A stretch of 64,000 nt of DNA from Candidatus Latescibacterota bacterium. GTDB lineage: Bacteria > Latescibacterota > UBA2968. Below, piece by piece: positions 59,996-64,000 of the stretch. The DNA lies in contig OZ240241.1 in the NCBI GenBank assembly GCA_965198115.1, positions 4,384,001 through 4,448,000 on the forward strand. The letters are read 5' to 3'. The number at the start of each line of letters is the position of its first letter. Positions within the stretch are counted from its first letter, which is position 1. The notes below the pieces were generated by a model. The model saw only the letters and a program-made list of their open reading frames with translations, was not told the origin of the DNA and searched no databases. The position numbers and the translations under genes were made by a program.

Positions 59996-61089
59996 AGACC
60001 GTCTTCCCAAAGCTGTCGCCGTACTCGACGAGGAGCGCGCGCGGGGTCATCACCTGGGCGCACAGCTGTATATCCGCTACGGCGACGACGTGGTCGTAGA
60101 CGATGGCTGGGGTGAAACCAGACCCGGAATCCCGCTGACGTCAGACGCCATCATTCTCTGGCTATCAGCCACGAAGCCCATTGTCGCGACAGCACTTGCA
60201 CAACTATGGGAGCGAGGGATCGTCGACATCGACGATCCCGTGGTCGATGTCATTCCCGATTTCGGGCAGAGCGGAAAAGCTCAGATCACGTTTCGTCACA
60301 TCCTCACGCACACGGGCGGCTTTAGAAACGCTGACGTGCAATGGGATGAAGACACGTGGGAGACCATCATCCCAAAAATCTGTGCCGCTCCTCTGGAGTC
60401 GGACTGGCACCCCGGTCAGAAAGCGGGCTACCACGTGGCGACCGGCTGGTACATCCTGGGTGAAGCCATTCAGACTGTCCGGCCAATCCCTCCCGGATTT
60501 CCTGAGGACCTCGATTTTCGATCCCCTCTCGATGGATGACTCGTGGCTCGGAATCCCGTCCGCAAGCTTTCACTCCTACGGTGACAGAATCGCGCTCTCC
60601 TACGACGCAACAAAACAGCCGCTCGAGTCTCACACTTTTTTCAACAGTGCGGAGGGTGCAGCGATCGTCAGGCCGGGAGGGAATGGTCGAGGGCCCGTTC
60701 GCGAACTCGCCCGATTCTATCGTGCGCTGCTCGGGGGAGGTGAGCTCGACGGGCACCGCATTCTTTCACAGGACACCGTGGCCACGTTGACCTCACGGCA
60801 TCGTGTCGCCCTGCACGATCACACCTTCCGTCACAAGATGGACTGGGGTCTCGGATTCATCATCAACTCCGCCCACTATGGTGAAGCCACCGTGCCCTAT
60901 GGCTACGGGCCCCACGCTTCGCCCGAGACCTTCGGCCATAGCGGGTGGCAATCAGCCTGTGCCTTCGCCGATCCCGAGCACCATCTCGCCGTCGCGTGGG
61001 TGTGCAACGGCACTCCGGGCGAACCCCGCCATCACAAGCGCCAGCGGGCCCTGAATGCTGCCATTTACGAGGATCTCGGGCTCTCCTAG
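59991..61089 (+). pseudogene. Serine hydrolase, beta-lactamase class C family, with a frameshift near 60474
   Basis: WLSATKP (SxxK), LTHTGGF and PGQKAGYH in one frame; LSGQSL..FL...IFDPLSMDD and FGHSG in another. Confidence 0.78.
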
Positions 61090-61263
61090 CAGCTACAGAG
61101 GCCCTCCGACGAGCACTCGCTCATAAAAGTGGCCCCGGGGCCACAATCTTCCCCGAATGGCAAAAGCGCCCGATGGACTTCCCACCAGGCGCTTTCATAT
61201 CTGAAACCCATTGCCGTCCCCCGCTCCCCGCTCCCCCCTGCTCCCTGTCTCCCCCTCAGCTTT

Positions 61264-62016
61264 CTATGTCGTCAAAGCCGCCCGCAAATAATCCCGCTTC
61301 ATACTCGCGATCGTCGAAATGGAGATCTGCTTGGGGCAAACGGCTTCGCACTCGGCGTGGTTGGAGCAGTTGCCGAATCCTTCTTCGTCCATCTGACCAA
61401 CCATCCGCAGCGCGCGCTCCTTCCTCTCCGGTTGACCCTGTGGAAGACGCGCAAACTGAGCGATTTTGGCTGCCGTAAACAACGATGCCGACGCATTCGG
61501 ACACGCAGCCACGCAGGCACCACAACCGATGCACGCGGCAGCGTCCATCGCCAGATCGGCATCGACCTTGGAGACAGGTAGCGCATTCGCTTCGGGTGCG
61601 TTACCTGTGCTGACGGAAATGTAGCCGCCCGCCTGTACGATGCGGTCGAACGATGTGCGATCGACCACCAGGTCTCTCACCACGGGAAAAGCTTTGGATC
61701 GCCAGGGCTCGATCGTGATCGTGTCACCGTCCCGATAATGACGCATATGCAGTTGGCAGGTCGCGGTTCCGTGTAGAGGTCCGTGGGGCACGCCGTTGAT
61801 GACAAGACTGCACATCCCACAGATTCCCTCGCGGCAGTCGCTGTCGAACTCGATCGGCTCCTCTCCCCGCTTGATCAGGTCCTGATTCACCACGTCGAGC
61901 ATTTCGAGAAAGGACATATCCGGATTCACATCGTCGGCCTTGTAGGGCACGAGCTTACCCGGCCGATCGGGCCCTTCCTGCCGCCAGATATGGAGATTCA
62001 GTGTCATCCCTGCCAT
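61264..62016 (-). CDS. sdhB: Succinate dehydrogenase/fumarate reductase iron-sulfur subunit
   Basis: [36 protein letters not shown]. Confidence 0.94.
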   Translation of the reverse strand: MAGMTLNLHIWRQEGPDRPGKLVPYKADDVNPDMSFLEMLDVVNQDLIKRGEEPIEFDSDCREGICGMCSLVINGVPHGPLHGTATCQLHMRHYRDGDTITIEPWRSKAFPVVRDLVVDRTSFDRIVQAGGYISVSTGNAPEANALPVSKVDADLAMDAAACIGCGACVAACPNASASLFTAAKIAQFARLPQGQPERKERALRMVGQMDEEGFGNCSNHAECEAVCPKQISISTIASMKRDYLRAALTT

Positions 62017-62176
62017 CGCGATCCTGCTTTCAAGTTTCTCTCCGCTGACGTCATGCTAAAACCCGAATTCAACAGATACCAGTCTACGCCACGCACCACT
62101 CGGTGATTCCACTCAACTAAGAACCGACGCCTCAGCTCCTCCCCAAATCGGGCCTCGATCCCGTCGAGTCCTCCCC

Positions 62177-62236
62177 CTCCGTGTCCAGAGCCTGTCCCGA
62201 GCGCAGTCGAGGGGTTGTTCTCAGTGGTTCGTCTTG
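62177..62236. repeat. Composite repeat related to 42294-42367
   Basis: CTCCGTGTCC..GCCTGTCCCGAGCGCAGTCGAGGGG..CTCAGTGGTTCGTCTTG. Confidence 0.65.
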
Positions 62237-62242
62237 TTTTGA

Positions 62243-64000
62243 TCATTTATAGCTTCGCTGTGTGAGTTTCACGTGCTGAAACTCGAGCGGCTCCTGGTGA
62301 AGCGTGGGAGTCTCGCCCACCCCGTTGAACTCCCACGCCGAGACGAACGAAAATTCATCATCCTTGCGCAAGGCCTCGCCCTCCTCCGTCTGGCTTTCCG
62401 CTCGGAAATGTCCTCCGCACGATTCAGATCGATCGCGGGCGTCGATGGCCATCAACTCGCCCAATTCCAAAAAGTCCGCCACGCGACCGGCCATCTCGAG
62501 GTTTTTGTTGAAGTGGCCGTTGCTTCCAGGGACCTTGACGTTCTGCCAGAAGTCGTCGCGCAGCTTCGGAATCTCTTCCACCGCCCTGGCCAGCCCATCC
62601 TCCGTGCGTTCCATCCCGACGTATTCCCACATCAGCAGGCCGAGCTCACGGTGGTACTCGCCGACCGTCTTGTTGCCGCCCACGTCCAAGAGCACGTCGA
62701 GACGCGATTGAACGTCACCGTGGGCCTGTTCGAACGCATCGGCCTGGGTATCGAGTTCCGAAAAGGTCTCACCAGCCAGGTAATCACCGATGGTATAGGG
62801 AATCACAAAATACCCGTCGCACAGCCCCTGCATCAGGGCGCTCGCCCCGAGTCGGTTGGCGCCGTGATCCGAAAAGTTCGCCTCCCCCAGAACGAACAAT
62901 CCGGGGATCGAGCTCATCAGATCGTAATCGACCCACAGTCCGCCCATCGTGTAATGAACGGCGGGATAGATTCGCATTGGAACGCTGTATGGATTCTCGC
63001 CCGTAATGCGCTCGTACATCTCGAACAGATTCCCGTAGCGCTCACGAATGACCTGCTCGCCCAACCGCTCGATCGAATCCGCAAAGTCGAGATAGACGGA
63101 AAGCCCCGTCGGCCCGACGCCCCGTCCTTCGTCACACACGGCTTTCGCGTTTCTCGACGCGACATCGCGTGGCACGAGGTTGCCGAAGCTCGGATAGCGG
63201 CGCTCCAAATAGTAGTCCCGTTCGTCCTCTGGGATCTGATCGGGCGGCCGCTTGTCCCCTTCCTCCTTTGGGACCCAAACGCGTCCATCGTTGCGCAGAC
63301 TTTCGCTCATTAACGTGAGCTTGGATTGGTGATCGCCCGACACGGGGATACACGTCGGGTGAATCTGCGTATAACAGGGATTCCCGAAGTAGGCCCCACG
63401 CTTGTGACATCGCCAGGCCGCGGTCACGTTGCTGTTTATCGCGTTCGTCGACAGGTAGAAAACAGCCCCATACCCACCCGTCGCCAGAATGACTGCGTCG
63501 CCTGCATATCGCTCGATCTCACCCGTCACCAGATTCCGGCCCACGATGCCTCGCGCCTGACCGTCAGCCACGACGAGATCCAGCATTTCAAACCTCGGAT
63601 GCAGGTCCACGCGCCCCGCATCTACCTGCCGCATCAATGCGCTGTAGGCGCCCAGCAGGAGCTGTTGTCCCGTCTGGCCACGTGCGTAGAACGTCCGCGA
63701 AACCTGCGCCCCACCAAAAGACCGATTCGCAAGTAGACCTCCGTAATCGCGTGCGAACGGAACACCCTGCGCCACACACTGGTCGATGATGTTGCTGCTC
63801 AGCTGGGCAAGACGGTAAACGTTCGCTTCACGTGACCGGTAGTCCCCTCCCTTGACGGTGTCGTAAAAGAGACGCCACACACTATCGCCGTCGTTCGGGT
63901 AGTTCTTCGCCGCGTTGATTCCGCCCTGCGCTGCGATGCTGTGCGCACGCCTGGGGCTGTCCTGGATACAAAAGTTCTGGACGTTGTAACCCATCTCTGC
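62243..64000 (-). CDS. sdhA: Succinate dehydrogenase/fumarate reductase flavoprotein subunit, 5'-truncated by window edge
   Basis: [57 protein letters not shown]. Confidence 0.95.
   Translation of the reverse strand, partial: AEMGYNVQNFCIQDSPRRAHSIAAQGGINAAKNYPNDGDSVWRLFYDTVKGGDYRSREANVYRLAQLSSNIIDQCVAQGVPFARDYGGLLANRSFGGAQVSRTFYARGQTGQQLLLGAYSALMRQVDAGRVDLHPRFEMLDLVVADGQARGIVGRNLVTGEIERYAGDAVILATGGYGAVFYLSTNAINSNVTAAWRCHKRGAYFGNPCYTQIHPTCIPVSGDHQSKLTLMSESLRNDGRVWVPKEEGDKRPPDQIPEDERDYYLERRYPSFGNLVPRDVASRNAKAVCDEGRGVGPTGLSVYLDFADSIERLGEQVIRERYGNLFEMYERITGENPYSVPMRIYPAVHYTMGGLWVDYDLMSSIPGLFVLGEANFSDHGANRLGASALMQGLCDGYFVIPYTIGDYLAGETFSELDTQADAFEQAHGDVQSRLDVLLDVGGNKTVGEYHRELGLLMWEYVGMERTEDGLARAVEEIPKLRDDFWQNVKVPGSNGHFNKNLEMAGRVADFLELGELMAIDARDRSESCGGHFRAESQTEEGEALRKDDEFSFVSAWEFNGVGETPTLHQEPLEFQHVKLTQRSYK

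Noticed and set aside
59991-61089. Antibiotic-resistance beta-lactamase (and aminoglycoside resistance for 55429-56359)
   Set aside because: Only superfamily-level motifs are present, with no signal peptide or mobile context to support a resistance function.

Overview
GC-rich bacterial chromosomal window. An FCB-group origin, possibly Latescibacterota, is inferred from the short region-1.1-less RpoD, the DUF2723 gene and the Bacteroidota-like AtpE. Contents in order: (1) a bacterial microcompartment locus with 3 BMC-H, 3 BMC-P, an aldehyde dehydrogenase and a class II aldolase carrying encapsulation-like peptides, plus an embedded GT-C glycosyltransferase; (2) housekeeping and envelope genes (disrupted degP, rpoD, PHP hydrolase, DUF2723, rhomboid, M23 peptidase, PpiD/SurA, nadE); (3) a ~28 kb minus-strand bioenergetic gene run, nuoA-B-CD-E-F-G-H-J-K-L-M, then a 10-gene Mrp antiporter block, then nuoN and the atp operon, with no nuoI in the window; (4) a minus-strand unit with two apparent tryptophan attenuators (WWGW and WWWW leaders) that encodes a kinase-like protein, a very large ECF sigma factor and a TrpRS paralog lacking HIGH, KMSKS and the anticodon domain; this is the most novel-looking system here; (5) sulfatase, VOC, uxuA-like, serine hydrolase and sdhAB genes. 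Intergenic spacers carry several families of short-period repeats and REP-like hairpins. Several frameshifts, one in atpC, may be assembly errors. No rRNA, tRNA, CRISPR array or transposase was recognised. All product calls come from motif recognition by eye, not database searches.
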